Below are positions 1-8,897 of a DNA stretch of 64,000 bases, piece by piece. The notes below the pieces were generated by a model. It made no database searches. It saw only the letters and a program-made list of their open reading frames with translations, and had not been told where the DNA came from. Source of the stretch: Fibrobacterota bacterium (lineage in GTDB: Bacteria; Fibrobacterota; Fibrobacteria; UBA11236). Numbering within the stretch: position 1 is the first letter of the stretch; each line of letters opens with the position of its first letter. The stretch spans positions 72,249 through 136,248 of the forward strand of contig JAQBPO010000064.1 of assembly GCA_028287465.1 (NCBI GenBank), in the 5' to 3' direction. A program made the position numbers and the translations under genes.

Positions 1-2
1 AC

Positions 3-1433
3 CCGGACCACTCGCAAAAGGCGAAAGAGGTCCTGCGGGTCGAGGCCCTGTCCGAAACCACCCTTGCCCAGATCCTGAGGCTGACTTCGCGCCAGGAGGA
101 GCTGTTCCGGGATTGGGTCTTCGTGCTGCAGCGGGATTTCCGGACGCAGAAATGGTCCTACCTGGCCAAGCTTGCGCCCGTCCAGGAGATGACCCTCGGA
201 GAGGGCGATGAGGCCAGGCAGGTCAAGTTGGATTACCGCCGCATCCTCAATCGCCAAGGCGGCATCGGCAAGATCATGGTACTGGCCCAGGACGTCACCG
301 AGGCCCGGCGGACGACCCATCGGCAGCAGGAGGAAAAGGTCCGGAGCGAAGACCGGGTGAAAATCATTCTAGGCGTGGCCAGCTATCCCCAGGAAACCAT
401 CCACGAATTCCTAAGGGATACCGCCGCCAGGATCCATGCCCTGCAAAAACGCATCGAGGAGATCCCCAGGGACGATTATGAGGCCGTCCAAGGGATGAAT
501 CCCTCGGGGGACGGATTCGCCTGGGTCGCGCCCGTATTCCGGAATTGCCATACCATCAAGGGCAATGCCGGCGCATTCGGATTCGACGCCCTGGCCGCCG
601 TGGCCGAAAAACTGGAGAACCGCCTTCAGAGCCTCAAGGTCGAGAAATCAAGGCGCGCCTTCCGGCCCGCGGAAATGCGGGGCCTGCTGAGCGCTATGAT
701 GGAGGAGCTCCAGAAGGTGAACGAAGTCTACCTTACGATTTCGGGTAATGTGGACGAGGTTTTCCTGCGCCTGCCAGAAAAGAACGTCGCCAGGATCGTG
801 GAGACGGCGGCCCTCCTGAACCGCCAGGCGCAGTCGCCGGAGATGGCCCGCTTCCTGGAATCCTGCAAGCAGATGTCCTTCCAGAGCCTGGAATCCCTGG
901 CCAGGAAATACCGGGATCTGACCGCGCGCATCGGCAACAAGGTTGGAAAGGACGTGATCTTCGAAACGGTTCCCAAGCATCAGGAAATCGATCCCACCGT
1001 GCTCTACCGGATCGACGAGGCCCTGGTCCATCTCATCCGCAATGCCATGGCCCATGGCATGGAATCCAAAGGGGAAAAACGGGATCCGGCAAAAGGGCCG
1101 GGCCGGATAGAATTGTCCTATGGACGCGCCGCAGGGTCCCACGTTTTCAAGGTAAGCGACAACGGTAAGGGCGTGGATCGCGAGGCCTTGGTGAACAAGG
1201 CCGTTTTCATGGGAATCCTGACCAAGGAAGCCTCGCAATCCTTGGATCAGGAGGAGATGCTTGATCTTATCTTCCAACCCGGCCTGAGCACCAACTCCAC
1301 CATCGATACGATTTCCGGACGCGGGCTGGGGCTCGCCATCGTCGCCGAAAACGTGAAAGCGGGAGGCGGAACCTTGTCGGTGGAAAGCCGCCCGGGACTC
1401 GGGACGAGCGTCACGATTTCCTTACCGGTATAG
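3..1433 (+). CDS. CheA-like histidine kinase (HPt P1 + dimerisation + HATPase_c), no CheW-like P5 domain; 5' end runs off the window
   Basis: The reading frame is open from nt 3 to the GTG at 123 with no stop, so the gene starts upstream of the window. FRNCHTIKGNAGAFGF matches the CheA P1 phospho-His motif. The N-box is IRNAMAHGME, the G1 box is DNGKGVD and the G2 box is GRGLGLAIV. The ORF stops right after the HATPase. Confidence 0.7.
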   Translation, partial: PDHSQKAKEVLRVEALSETTLAQILRLTSRQEELFRDWVFVLQRDFRTQKWSYLAKLAPVQEMTLGEGDEARQVKLDYRRILNRQGGIGKIMVLAQDVTEARRTTHRQQEEKVRSEDRVKIILGVASYPQETIHEFLRDTAARIHALQKRIEEIPRDDYEAVQGMNPSGDGFAWVAPVFRNCHTIKGNAGAFGFDALAAVAEKLENRLQSLKVEKSRRAFRPAEMRGLLSAMMEELQKVNEVYLTISGNVDEVFLRLPEKNVARIVETAALLNRQAQSPEMARFLESCKQMSFQSLESLARKYRDLTARIGNKVGKDVIFETVPKHQEIDPTVLYRIDEALVHLIRNAMAHGMESKGEKRDPAKGPGRIELSYGRAAGSHVFKVSDNGKGVDREALVNKAVFMGILTKEASQSLDQEEMLDLIFQPGLSTNSTIDTISGRGLGLAIVAENVKAGGGTLSVESRPGLGTSVTISLPV

Positions 1434-1456
1434 CGGCAAAGCGGTGATGCGCGCCA

Positions 1457-3490
1457 TCAGGCGAAATCGGCGAAGCTTCTGTCGGCCGCATGGACGGCGC
1501 CTGAATTGCCCTTGAAGCGCCACCGCTTGCCTTGGGCCGAAGCCTTCAGGATCAAGTTGCGATCCTGGAAGCGGAGGATGGTTCCCGGAAAGGCCTCGCC
1601 CTTGACCCAGATGAAGCAATCCCCGGGATTGTACAACCGGGCCTCAAGCGCGCGCACCTCGGCGGCCAGGGATTCCCGCATCGGCTTGAGGATTTGCGTC
1701 ACCCCGCGCGAACGCTGTTCCAGCAACCGGATGTCGCCTTTCACGTCCGTGCCCCATCGGATCAACCCCTGCAACTTGGCCGCCATGATTTCCAGGAACG
1801 CCAAGTCGGTCTCGACCTCCTTGAAGGCGGCTTTCTTCCGGTTCAATTCCAATTCCACTTCGAAATCCTTGCCGACCTCAAGGATGGTCTTGACCCCCGT
1901 CCTGCTGCCGGCATTGTAGATCTCGATCCCGGTATAGGCCAGCAGGTGGCCTCCCACCACGGAATTGCCCAGGGTTTTCATGGTGATGGATTTCATGGCG
2001 CACAATTGCGCGTTCACCACTTCATTGTAGACGATGATGTCGGAATGCGACTCGATGCGCTGGTTCCGGATGAAGCCGATGCTCACCGAACTCAACTTCG
2101 ACTTGATCACGCCCTTTCCCGAACCCGTGAAACCGCCCTTGACCACGATGGCGCCCTCGGAAACGATGGATCCGTTCTCCACGACCCCGGAGATCTCCAC
2201 GTCGCCCTTGGCCTTGATTTCGAGGTTGTCGCGGACGTCCCCGAATATCTCCACCGAACCCGGAAATGCGATATTCCCCGTCTTCAAGGAAACGTCTTCG
2301 TTGATTTGCAGGACTTGCACGACCTCCGGCACCCCATTCGAAAGCACCAACCTGCCGTCCCGGGCGGCGATGACGAAGGCCGGATCGGATAGTTGAAGCT
2401 CGGTATTGCCGCCCAAGGCATGGCTGTAGGCGGCCACCGGTTTCGGCGGAATGGCCTGGCCGAACACATCAATGCCCACCGTTCCCGGGATCGGCGCGAT
2501 CACCTTGGATAGGGGCGTGCCTTTCTTGACGGTGCGGAAAAAGGAAAAGGACTTGAAGTCGACCCTGCCGGCTTTATCGGGCTCGGGCAGGAGGGGCTCC
2601 GGATTGATGAGCAATTCCAGGCGGCCGTTCTTCCCGGGGGTGCTGGCTTTACCCGAAAGGATCAACCCCTCCTGGTTTTTCCCGGTGGCGGCGAAAGCGT
2701 CGAAGGCCGACGCCACCTTGTTCATGTCCGGAGCGAACGCGAAATTCCGTTCCAGGATCATTTTCTCCAGGTACTTCATCGTCGGCTTGAAATCGTCGTC
2801 ATCCTCCTTCCGCAACAAGATGCGTACCGACATCCTGTCGTGCGAAACCCGGATGCAATCGCGGTCGGCGGTCCGGGGCCCCAGGATTTTGAAAGTGTTG
2901 TCCTCGACAACCAGGATCCCGCGCTTGAGGGCCACCCATCTGAACTCCTCCTCCAATATGGCATTCCCGGGCCTGGGAAGCGGGCTGTTCTCCGGACCGG
3001 TCGGAATGGCCGCACCGAAAACCCCGATGCCCGGAACGCCTTTCTTGATCCCGGTGAAACTCAGGATCAAGTCGCCGACTTCCACCAAGGTCGCGGCATC
3101 TACGGATTTTTCCGTGACGTCGAACGGTTCGTTCCCCAATCGGCACTTGACGCGGGTAAGCTCATCCTCTTCCATCAGATAGGACTTGGCGATCCGCAAA
3201 CCCAGGACTTCATCATCGGTGGGCGCCACGCCGCTGGCCACGATGATGGAGTGGATCTCCTCCAGGGTTTCCGCGAATTGCCCGTCCTCCGGTTTGCCCA
3301 GCAGGTTATGGGCCAATTGCAGGCTGGGCTTGTCTATGAATTCCGGGGCGATGCCGGCCTGGGCGAGCACCTGTTGCATCGATTCGACGTTCCCGTACTT
3401 CGACCTGGATTCTTCGGGCGTGAACCCATGGATGAGGAGCTGGGCCCCTAACCCCCCATTGCAGGGATTCACATCAATATGCATGCTCAA
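1457..3490 (-). CDS. FapA / DUF342 family protein (flagellar-assembly-protein-A-like; C-terminal beta-helical GxVxxGxI repeats)
   Basis: 677 aa. It has repeated segments of the type GNIAFPGSVEIFGDVRDNLEIKAKGDVEISGVVENGSIVSEGAIVVKGG, as in DUF342. It is convergent with the CheA-like gene. Confidence 0.55.
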   Translation of the reverse strand: MSMHIDVNPCNGGLGAQLLIHGFTPEESRSKYGNVESMQQVLAQAGIAPEFIDKPSLQLAHNLLGKPEDGQFAETLEEIHSIIVASGVAPTDDEVLGLRIAKSYLMEEDELTRVKCRLGNEPFDVTEKSVDAATLVEVGDLILSFTGIKKGVPGIGVFGAAIPTGPENSPLPRPGNAILEEEFRWVALKRGILVVEDNTFKILGPRTADRDCIRVSHDRMSVRILLRKEDDDDFKPTMKYLEKMILERNFAFAPDMNKVASAFDAFAATGKNQEGLILSGKASTPGKNGRLELLINPEPLLPEPDKAGRVDFKSFSFFRTVKKGTPLSKVIAPIPGTVGIDVFGQAIPPKPVAAYSHALGGNTELQLSDPAFVIAARDGRLVLSNGVPEVVQVLQINEDVSLKTGNIAFPGSVEIFGDVRDNLEIKAKGDVEISGVVENGSIVSEGAIVVKGGFTGSGKGVIKSKLSSVSIGFIRNQRIESHSDIIVYNEVVNAQLCAMKSITMKTLGNSVVGGHLLAYTGIEIYNAGSRTGVKTILEVGKDFEVELELNRKKAAFKEVETDLAFLEIMAAKLQGLIRWGTDVKGDIRLLEQRSRGVTQILKPMRESLAAEVRALEARLYNPGDCFIWVKGEAFPGTILRFQDRNLILKASAQGKRWRFKGNSGAVHAADRSFADFA

Positions 3491-3941
3491 TCTCGCCTTC
3501 CCATTTCCGCAAGACGGCGATCAGCTTTTCCTTTTCCTGCGGATCCAAATCCGCGGGCTTATGCGTCGCATCCAGGTATTTCGCGAACTGCTGGATATCC
3601 AACGGTTTGGACAGGAATCCCAAGACATTGGGGAATTTCCCCAGTTCCGATTTTTCCTTGAACTGGAATTCCGCCATGATGAGAACGGGAGCGGTCACCT
3701 TGGCCCGCAAAAGCCCTTTGAGAAAGCGGGGCGGATCGAGTCCCCGGGTGGGCAGGCCCAGAATGATGAGATGGTATTTCCGGGCCATTGCGTAGTGCAA
3801 GCCCACGGTTGCCGACTCGAAGGAATCCAGGGAATACTTCCTGGTCTGGCAGAACCTCTCGACCAATCTCAAAATCGCGGGCGGGGAGTTGATGTGGAGA
3901 AGCCGGCGCGTAGCCGGGGACGTCTCCTTGCGGGATTCCAT
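3474..3941 (-). CDS. CheY-like pseudo-receiver domain protein (the phospho-acceptor Asp and the acidic pocket are missing)
   Basis: 155 aa with REC-like topology. It has LIILG where LILD is expected, NSPP in place of the DD pair, and the conserved K is kept in FLSKP. It overlaps the FapA gene by 17 nt, so they form an operon. Confidence 0.45.
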   Translation of the reverse strand: MESRKETSPATRRLLHINSPPAILRLVERFCQTRKYSLDSFESATVGLHYAMARKYHLIILGLPTRGLDPPRFLKGLLRAKVTAPVLIMAEFQFKEKSELGKFPNVLGFLSKPLDIQQFAKYLDATHKPADLDPQEKEKLIAVLRKWEGEIEHAY

Positions 3942-4137
3942 TGTGTAGTAAGTAACGCACTACACTCGGGATCGAGTCAATTCTATTAGCAGAGGATATC
4001 CTTACAAGGCGTGCGCAATCCCTGGCATTTTACTTAAGTCGGTTTTCAAGGGGGTGCTTTTCCGTACTGTCGAATTTGCCGCCGGACCCCTAAAAGGGGT
4101 CCCCGCGCTTACGCGCTTTATCCGATGACCGAAAAAA

Positions 4138-4214
4138 TGGGGTGGACGACGGGACTTGAACCCGCGACCAGTGGAACCACAATCCACTGCTCTACCAACT
4201 GAGCTACGACCACC
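4138..4214 (-). tRNA. tRNA-His: tRNA-His (anticodon GTG) with genome-encoded G-1 and 3' CCA
   Basis: The reverse complement reads GGTGGTCGTAGCTCAGTTGGTAGAGCAGTGGATTGTGGTTCCACTGGTCGCGGGTTCAAGTCCCGTCGTCCACCCCA. The anticodon loop is TTGTGGT, and an extra 5' G sits opposite discriminator C, which is a His hallmark. It is very similar to E. coli tRNA-His. There is one U-U mismatch in the acceptor stem at positions 5-68. Confidence 0.85.
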
Positions 4215-4349
4215 GCGATGCCCGTTAATTTATAAACGACGCCGACTTATGCCAAGGTGAAAGCGGCCCGGGCGGGGCGTAATAGCGCTCGGAAGCGCCG
4301 GGAAGGACGGAGGGAAGCCCGAATGAGGGCGGAAAAGCGGGAGAGCGGC

Positions 4350-4592
4350 TCAGGCCTGTCTGGAAAGGACCCGGACCGGGCTCTCTTCCAGGGTGAATTC
4401 GGGGGAAACGTTCAGGTAGGTCTTGGCGTGGCCTTCCACTACCGTGGAGGCCTTGCGGGGCGGCGGAGGCAGGAGCTTTACGGTAAATTGATTGTCCCCG
4501 AACTTCCGGTTCTCATGATACATGAACACCGAAAACCCCAGCAGAAAGAGGGCGAAACCGGTGAAGAAAGTAGTGATCGCGTAGGTGAGCAC
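4350..4592 (-). CDS. small hypothetical membrane protein (one TM helix)
   Basis: 80-aa ORF with a hydrophobic N-terminal helix, AITTFFTGFALFLLGFSVFMY. The competing + strand ORF is Arg-rich and of GC-artefact type. Confidence 0.25.
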   Translation of the reverse strand: MLTYAITTFFTGFALFLLGFSVFMYHENRKFGDNQFTVKLLPPPPRKASTVVEGHAKTYLNVSPEFTLEESPVRVLSRQA

Positions 4593-4835
4593 ATGAGGAT
4601 TATAGCACCCGGCTTTTTTATTTGTCCATGCGCGGGGACGGTTTATTTGTCCGCTGGCATTGGTCCGGCATCAAAAACCCATAAGCGCATGAACCCGAAT
4701 AATGTTTAGAATCCAGGGTTTTTTTGGGAGGGTAGGGAGTATCTTTTCTTGCATTCCTGCGCCTGGGGGGCCGTTCGCGGGTTCGGGGGGTTGTGCCGTG
4801 GTTTCCACCATGCGTACCAAGAGGGGAAAAGGGTA

Positions 4836-6851
4836 ATGATGGCTCGAATCGGAGCTTTGCGTCCTGGCTTTACCGCGCTGACCGCCGCCGCGGCCGCCGG
4901 TTTCATCTCCGCGGCCGCGTTATGGCTGTCGGCTTGCAACGTTTTCGCGCCCTTGGCCGCGGACGGCGACAAGGATCTCACCTATCGGGGCCTTATCCTC
5001 AAAGGCAACGCCGCCATCAACGAGGAGGAATACGCGGATGCGGAAACCTACTTCGCCCGCGCCAAGGCCCTGAATCCCAAGGGTTCCGAAGCCTACCTCT
5101 ACCATTCCAAGGCCCTGGTAAGCCTTTACAAGATCGATTACAACTCCCTGAACGACGAGTTCAACGCCCGACGTAACAAGGACGGCACCGGCAAGAAGGG
5201 GATCCCGTTCGTCGATTCCGGCACCACCCTCGCCAAGATCGACAGCACCTATTATCCGGTGGCGCAGTCGGTGGAGAACCTGGAACACATCCTCCGCCAT
5301 TCCCGGGATACGGTCCTGATCCCCGGAGGCTATAAGCTCCTTCCGGACGGGGACACGGCCGGCGACGGGAAGGTATCGGAAGGCGTGGCCCGGCTCGACC
5401 TGGGCATCCTGCAGACCATCAAAGGCATGCTCGGGCCCCTCGACCTGGACGGCAACAACCATATCGACGACGCCTGCGGCCTCAACCTCTGCCCCGACAA
5501 AGGCCCCTGCCTCCAGAGCGCCGCCTACCTGAAGAAATGCAAGGAGGGCCTTGCCAGCGAGATCAACGGCTTCGAACGCTTCAAGCAACTGACGCGCAGC
5601 CTCGACATCAACGACCTCGACACCAAGGACCTCCGGGCCCGCAACGTCTCCAGCAACCCCAACGACATCAACGATTTCCTGGACAAGATGCAAGGGCCGA
5701 TCGCATCCTCGAGCTTCAACCTGGATTCCGTGACCGGAGCCATGAACAGCCACGGCGAGGCCGCCCTGAGCGGCCAGTTGTCCGAGATCGTCTCGAACGT
5801 CTCGGATCTGAGCAACTTCCTCTCCTACATGCGCTTCAACGACAACCTGGACAACGATTACGACGACCAGGACAGCTCGGGCAAGGGAACGCGCATGGTC
5901 TGGCATGACTACGACAAGGACGGAGGCATCCACTACGACTACGACGACGATGCGGTGACCCTGGCGGGATATACCGGGACCCCCCGCAATAACGAAGCCC
6001 ACAATATCGGGCACCCCCTGCATCGCATGCTCCACCCGGAGCTATACGTCAGATTCACGGACAGCTCCTGGGCCAAACGCCCCATCAGCAAGGACGCCAG
6101 CAAGAACGCCCGCGGCGCGACCATGATCAAGCATTGCCAGGATGCGGCCAAGACCCTGAACGTGGACGGCAAGGTGACGGACATCGTCATCGCCAACCTC
6201 GTCGCCAAGACCTGCTCGACCTACACCTCCATCCTCAAGTCCACGGTCCGGCCCCCGGCCCGGAGCGACTGGCAGTCCGGCACCTTCGGCGTCGACGAGG
6301 AGATGATCGACGAACGCGACAACGATTACGACGGCATCAAGGACGAGGACGCGCGCAACGCCCCGGGTATGGACGATGACGACGACGCCCTGCTTTCGGT
6401 CTCCATGATAGGGACCTCGCCGGCCCCCATGGTCTGGGCCGACGTTCCCGGGCACGCCAACAAATGCCCTGAGATCGACACCACCAAGGCCATGCTCCCC
6501 CCGCCCTTCGCCAAGCAGTTCTGCATCGGCTCCCTGGAGCATCGCATCTACCTGGCCCAGCACGGCGGCCGGGATACCCTGGCCGTCTACTACTCGCGGT
6601 TCCTGGGGGAGGGACCCAGCAAGAATTGCCTCGAGGACTTCGACAAGCTCGACCCCGCCTTCAAGGCCGCGGTGGGCCTGAAAACCTCTACCGATGACGC
6701 CGTGCTCGACGCCTGCCAATTCAAGCATATCTGGAAGGCCCCCAGGCCCGTCCATTCCGAATGGACCTCGGGCGTGTTCGGCATCGATGAGGAACTTCCG
6801 GACGGGGTCGATAACGACGGCGACGGCTGGATTGACGAGGACCTGAAATGA
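4836..6851 (+). CDS. secreted lipoprotein: TPR-like N-region, Cys-rich middle, duplicated Asp-rich calcium-binding-like (thrombospondin type-3-like) repeats
   Basis: Signal peptide with lipobox ...ALWLSAC. Start chosen at the MMARIG ATG (4836), which lies inside the longer ORF. Internal repeat W.SG.FG.DEE..D..DND.DG..DED occurs twice. There are many Cys residues. Confidence 0.5.
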   Translation: MMARIGALRPGFTALTAAAAAGFISAAALWLSACNVFAPLAADGDKDLTYRGLILKGNAAINEEEYADAETYFARAKALNPKGSEAYLYHSKALVSLYKIDYNSLNDEFNARRNKDGTGKKGIPFVDSGTTLAKIDSTYYPVAQSVENLEHILRHSRDTVLIPGGYKLLPDGDTAGDGKVSEGVARLDLGILQTIKGMLGPLDLDGNNHIDDACGLNLCPDKGPCLQSAAYLKKCKEGLASEINGFERFKQLTRSLDINDLDTKDLRARNVSSNPNDINDFLDKMQGPIASSSFNLDSVTGAMNSHGEAALSGQLSEIVSNVSDLSNFLSYMRFNDNLDNDYDDQDSSGKGTRMVWHDYDKDGGIHYDYDDDAVTLAGYTGTPRNNEAHNIGHPLHRMLHPELYVRFTDSSWAKRPISKDASKNARGATMIKHCQDAAKTLNVDGKVTDIVIANLVAKTCSTYTSILKSTVRPPARSDWQSGTFGVDEEMIDERDNDYDGIKDEDARNAPGMDDDDDALLSVSMIGTSPAPMVWADVPGHANKCPEIDTTKAMLPPPFAKQFCIGSLEHRIYLAQHGGRDTLAVYYSRFLGEGPSKNCLEDFDKLDPAFKAAVGLKTSTDDAVLDACQFKHIWKAPRPVHSEWTSGVFGIDEELPDGVDNDGDGWIDEDLK

Positions 6852-7975
6852 CGCGCAATACCGTTCTTTTCGCCGCCACCCTGGCCTTGGCCGCCGCGGG
6901 CCCCGCGAGCGTTTCCGCCGAGGCCGGCCCCCAGTTCCGCGACACCAAGTCGCAATCCCTGGGGCGCACCGGAGTCGCTTCTTCCCACGGCGGTACGGCC
7001 CTGTTCCTGAATCCCGCGGCCCTGGCGCGCTCGCAAGGCGGAGAGCTGGGCATGTCCATGGACCTGGGGGTGAATTCGGTCCTGGTGGACTATGCGTCCT
7101 GGGCCGCCGACAACTACAAGTACCTCAACAATATGGACTCCCTGCTGACCAAGATCGGCCCGGTGGACAACAAGTGGGCCCCCTTCTCCCAGTCGCTCAT
7201 GCTCTACGGCAATTGGGAAGGCGTCGGGTTCAGCGTCCTGTCGGATACGCGCTACAACCTCACCTTGGGCAAGGCTGTGGTGACGCCGGTGCCCGGCATC
7301 GGCGCCCTATCGGACCTGGTCCTGACGGCCGGCCGCGGGTTCAACGCCGAAGACGGCTACCGGTTCGGCTTCGCCCTCAAGTACATCTACCGGCTGCGCT
7401 TCGAGGATCGCCTGGTGGGCACCACGGACGAGGAGTTCTACAAGGTGAAGGAGTCCTGGGAAAAGCCGGACGCGGGATGGTCGGACAAGCTGGCCAAGAT
7501 CCAGGTGGCCGGCGATATCGCCGAAACCAAGCAGGGCGTGGGCGCCAATCTCGGCGCGGAAAAGGACATCAACGCGGATTGGACCGCCGGCCTCTCCCTC
7601 CTGGACTTCCCCACCGTCATGAACCAGCGGTTCACCCGGCCCGAAATCAATCTCGGCCTGGCGTTCCATCGCGACGTGGACTGGGTCCCGGACCTGGACA
7701 ACAAGTTGCTCGTGAACCTCGATTGGCAGCGCTTCCTGATCCCGGGCACGCCCTGGTTCAAGCAGCTTAAGGCCGGCGTGGCCATGGAAGGCTGGATGAA
7801 GAAGCGTCCGGTCAGCTATATCGGTGTCGGCCTGAACGACGGCTATCCCACCTTCGGCGTCCGCTTCGGCTATATCGTCTACCTGAGCTACGTCTACGTG
7901 GCGGAGGAAATCGGCACCTACCCCGGCCAGGAGAAGCTGAGCTTCCACAAGCTCGTCCTGCAAGCCGAAATTTAA
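6848..7975 (+). CDS. putative outer-membrane beta-barrel protein (signal peptide, alternating amphipathic strands, C-terminal aromatic-X pattern)
   Basis: N-terminus MTRNTVLFAATLALAAAGPASVSA. The start overlaps the upstream lipoprotein stop (ATGA), so the two are translationally coupled. The composition is Gly/Tyr/Asn-rich and beta-strand-like. Confidence 0.4.
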   Translation: MTRNTVLFAATLALAAAGPASVSAEAGPQFRDTKSQSLGRTGVASSHGGTALFLNPAALARSQGGELGMSMDLGVNSVLVDYASWAADNYKYLNNMDSLLTKIGPVDNKWAPFSQSLMLYGNWEGVGFSVLSDTRYNLTLGKAVVTPVPGIGALSDLVLTAGRGFNAEDGYRFGFALKYIYRLRFEDRLVGTTDEEFYKVKESWEKPDAGWSDKLAKIQVAGDIAETKQGVGANLGAEKDINADWTAGLSLLDFPTVMNQRFTRPEINLGLAFHRDVDWVPDLDNKLLVNLDWQRFLIPGTPWFKQLKAGVAMEGWMKKRPVSYIGVGLNDGYPTFGVRFGYIVYLSYVYVAEEIGTYPGQEKLSFHKLVLQAEI

Positions 7976-8016
7976 GGGGAACGACGGGACGAGGGGAAGG
8001 ACCCTCGGCGGCGGGC

Positions 8017-8862
8017 CTATCCGCGGTTCAGCTTTTCCAGCAGGGCGGAATGGGTAACGCCGTTGGAACCGATCAGGCCCTTGGTAAGGACGGGGTTGGG
8101 CGAACGGAAGTCGAGCCGCTTGCCTTCCAGATCCGTCAGCCTGCCGCCGGCCTCTTCCAGGATCAGCTGGGTGGCGCCCAGATCCCATAGGCACATCGGG
8201 TTTTGCGGAGGGGACACGAAGGCCGTATAGGCCCCGCGCGCGACCTCGTTGATCTTGAGGGAACCGTTCATGCGATGGAAGGGCGGATTGCCCAGCTTGC
8301 GCAGCAGATCGGTCAGCCCCGGGGATTGGCGGCCATGGGACGTGATCAGGCTGGGCCGCGTTTCCTGGGATACCTTCACGGGAATCACCTGCACCATTTC
8401 CGGTTCTTCGGCCACGAAGGCGCGATAGGCCCCTTCGCCCTTCACGGCGAAATACACTTCGCCCAATTCCGGCTTGTAGGTCATTCCCACCTCCGGCCGC
8501 CCTTCGAAGGCGAGCGCCAGGATGCAGCCGTAATGCTGGCCGTTGCGGATGAAGCTCGAGGTGGAGTCCAGGGGATCGAGGATCCAGCAGCGCGTGGCCT
8601 CATGCCACGGGGCCGCTTCCGGATTCAAATGCCAGGTTTCCTCGTTGAGGATGGCGTCCCCGGGGAACTGGCGTCCTATCTCGCCGTCCAGGTAGGCGGC
8701 CACCTGATGATCGATCTGGGTCACGATGGATCGGTCCGGCTTGTAGGAGACCTCGGTGCCGGCGAGCCGTCCGGCCAGGAGTTGCTTCCCGGCCTCCAGG
8801 ATGAGGCGGTACATGAACTCGAGTTCGGAGGCGTAACGGGAAGCGGCGAAAACCTTCTGCAT
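8017..8862 (-). CDS. inositol-monophosphatase family protein (CysQ-like 3'(2'),5'-bisphosphate nucleotidase)
   Basis: The WILDPLDST metal-binding motif and a C-terminal WD...A..I..EAGG motif. Confidence 0.6.
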   Translation of the reverse strand: MQKVFAASRYASELEFMYRLILEAGKQLLAGRLAGTEVSYKPDRSIVTQIDHQVAAYLDGEIGRQFPGDAILNEETWHLNPEAAPWHEATRCWILDPLDSTSSFIRNGQHYGCILALAFEGRPEVGMTYKPELGEVYFAVKGEGAYRAFVAEEPEMVQVIPVKVSQETRPSLITSHGRQSPGLTDLLRKLGNPPFHRMNGSLKINEVARGAYTAFVSPPQNPMCLWDLGATQLILEEAGGRLTDLEGKRLDFRSPNPVLTKGLIGSNGVTHSALLEKLNRG

Positions 8863-8897
8863 CGATTCCTAAGATAGCATTTGCGGAAGTGCGGCGC

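Noticed and set aside
1532-2392. 286-aa ORF on the + strand, and many similar 100-370-aa ORFs elsewhere (for example 4920..6035, 7307..8194, 9207..10001, 10055..11173, 18691..19785, 28038..29594, 59937..62267)
   Set aside because: Each is antisense to or out of frame with a gene that has clear conserved motifs. Their products are Arg/Gly/Pro/Ala-rich with no motifs. This is typical of stop-codon-poor alternate frames in DNA of about 68% GC.
4138-4214. tRNA-His as an integration hot-spot or genomic-island boundary
   Set aside because: No integrase, no transposase and no direct repeat of the tRNA 3' end was found within the window. Flanking genes are ordinary signalling and surface genes.
4257-4709. 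150-aa Arg-rich ORF on the + strand next to tRNA-His
   Set aside because: The composition is R/G/E-rich and matches a GC artefact. The opposing 80-aa ORF has a plausible TM helix. Neither is strongly supported.
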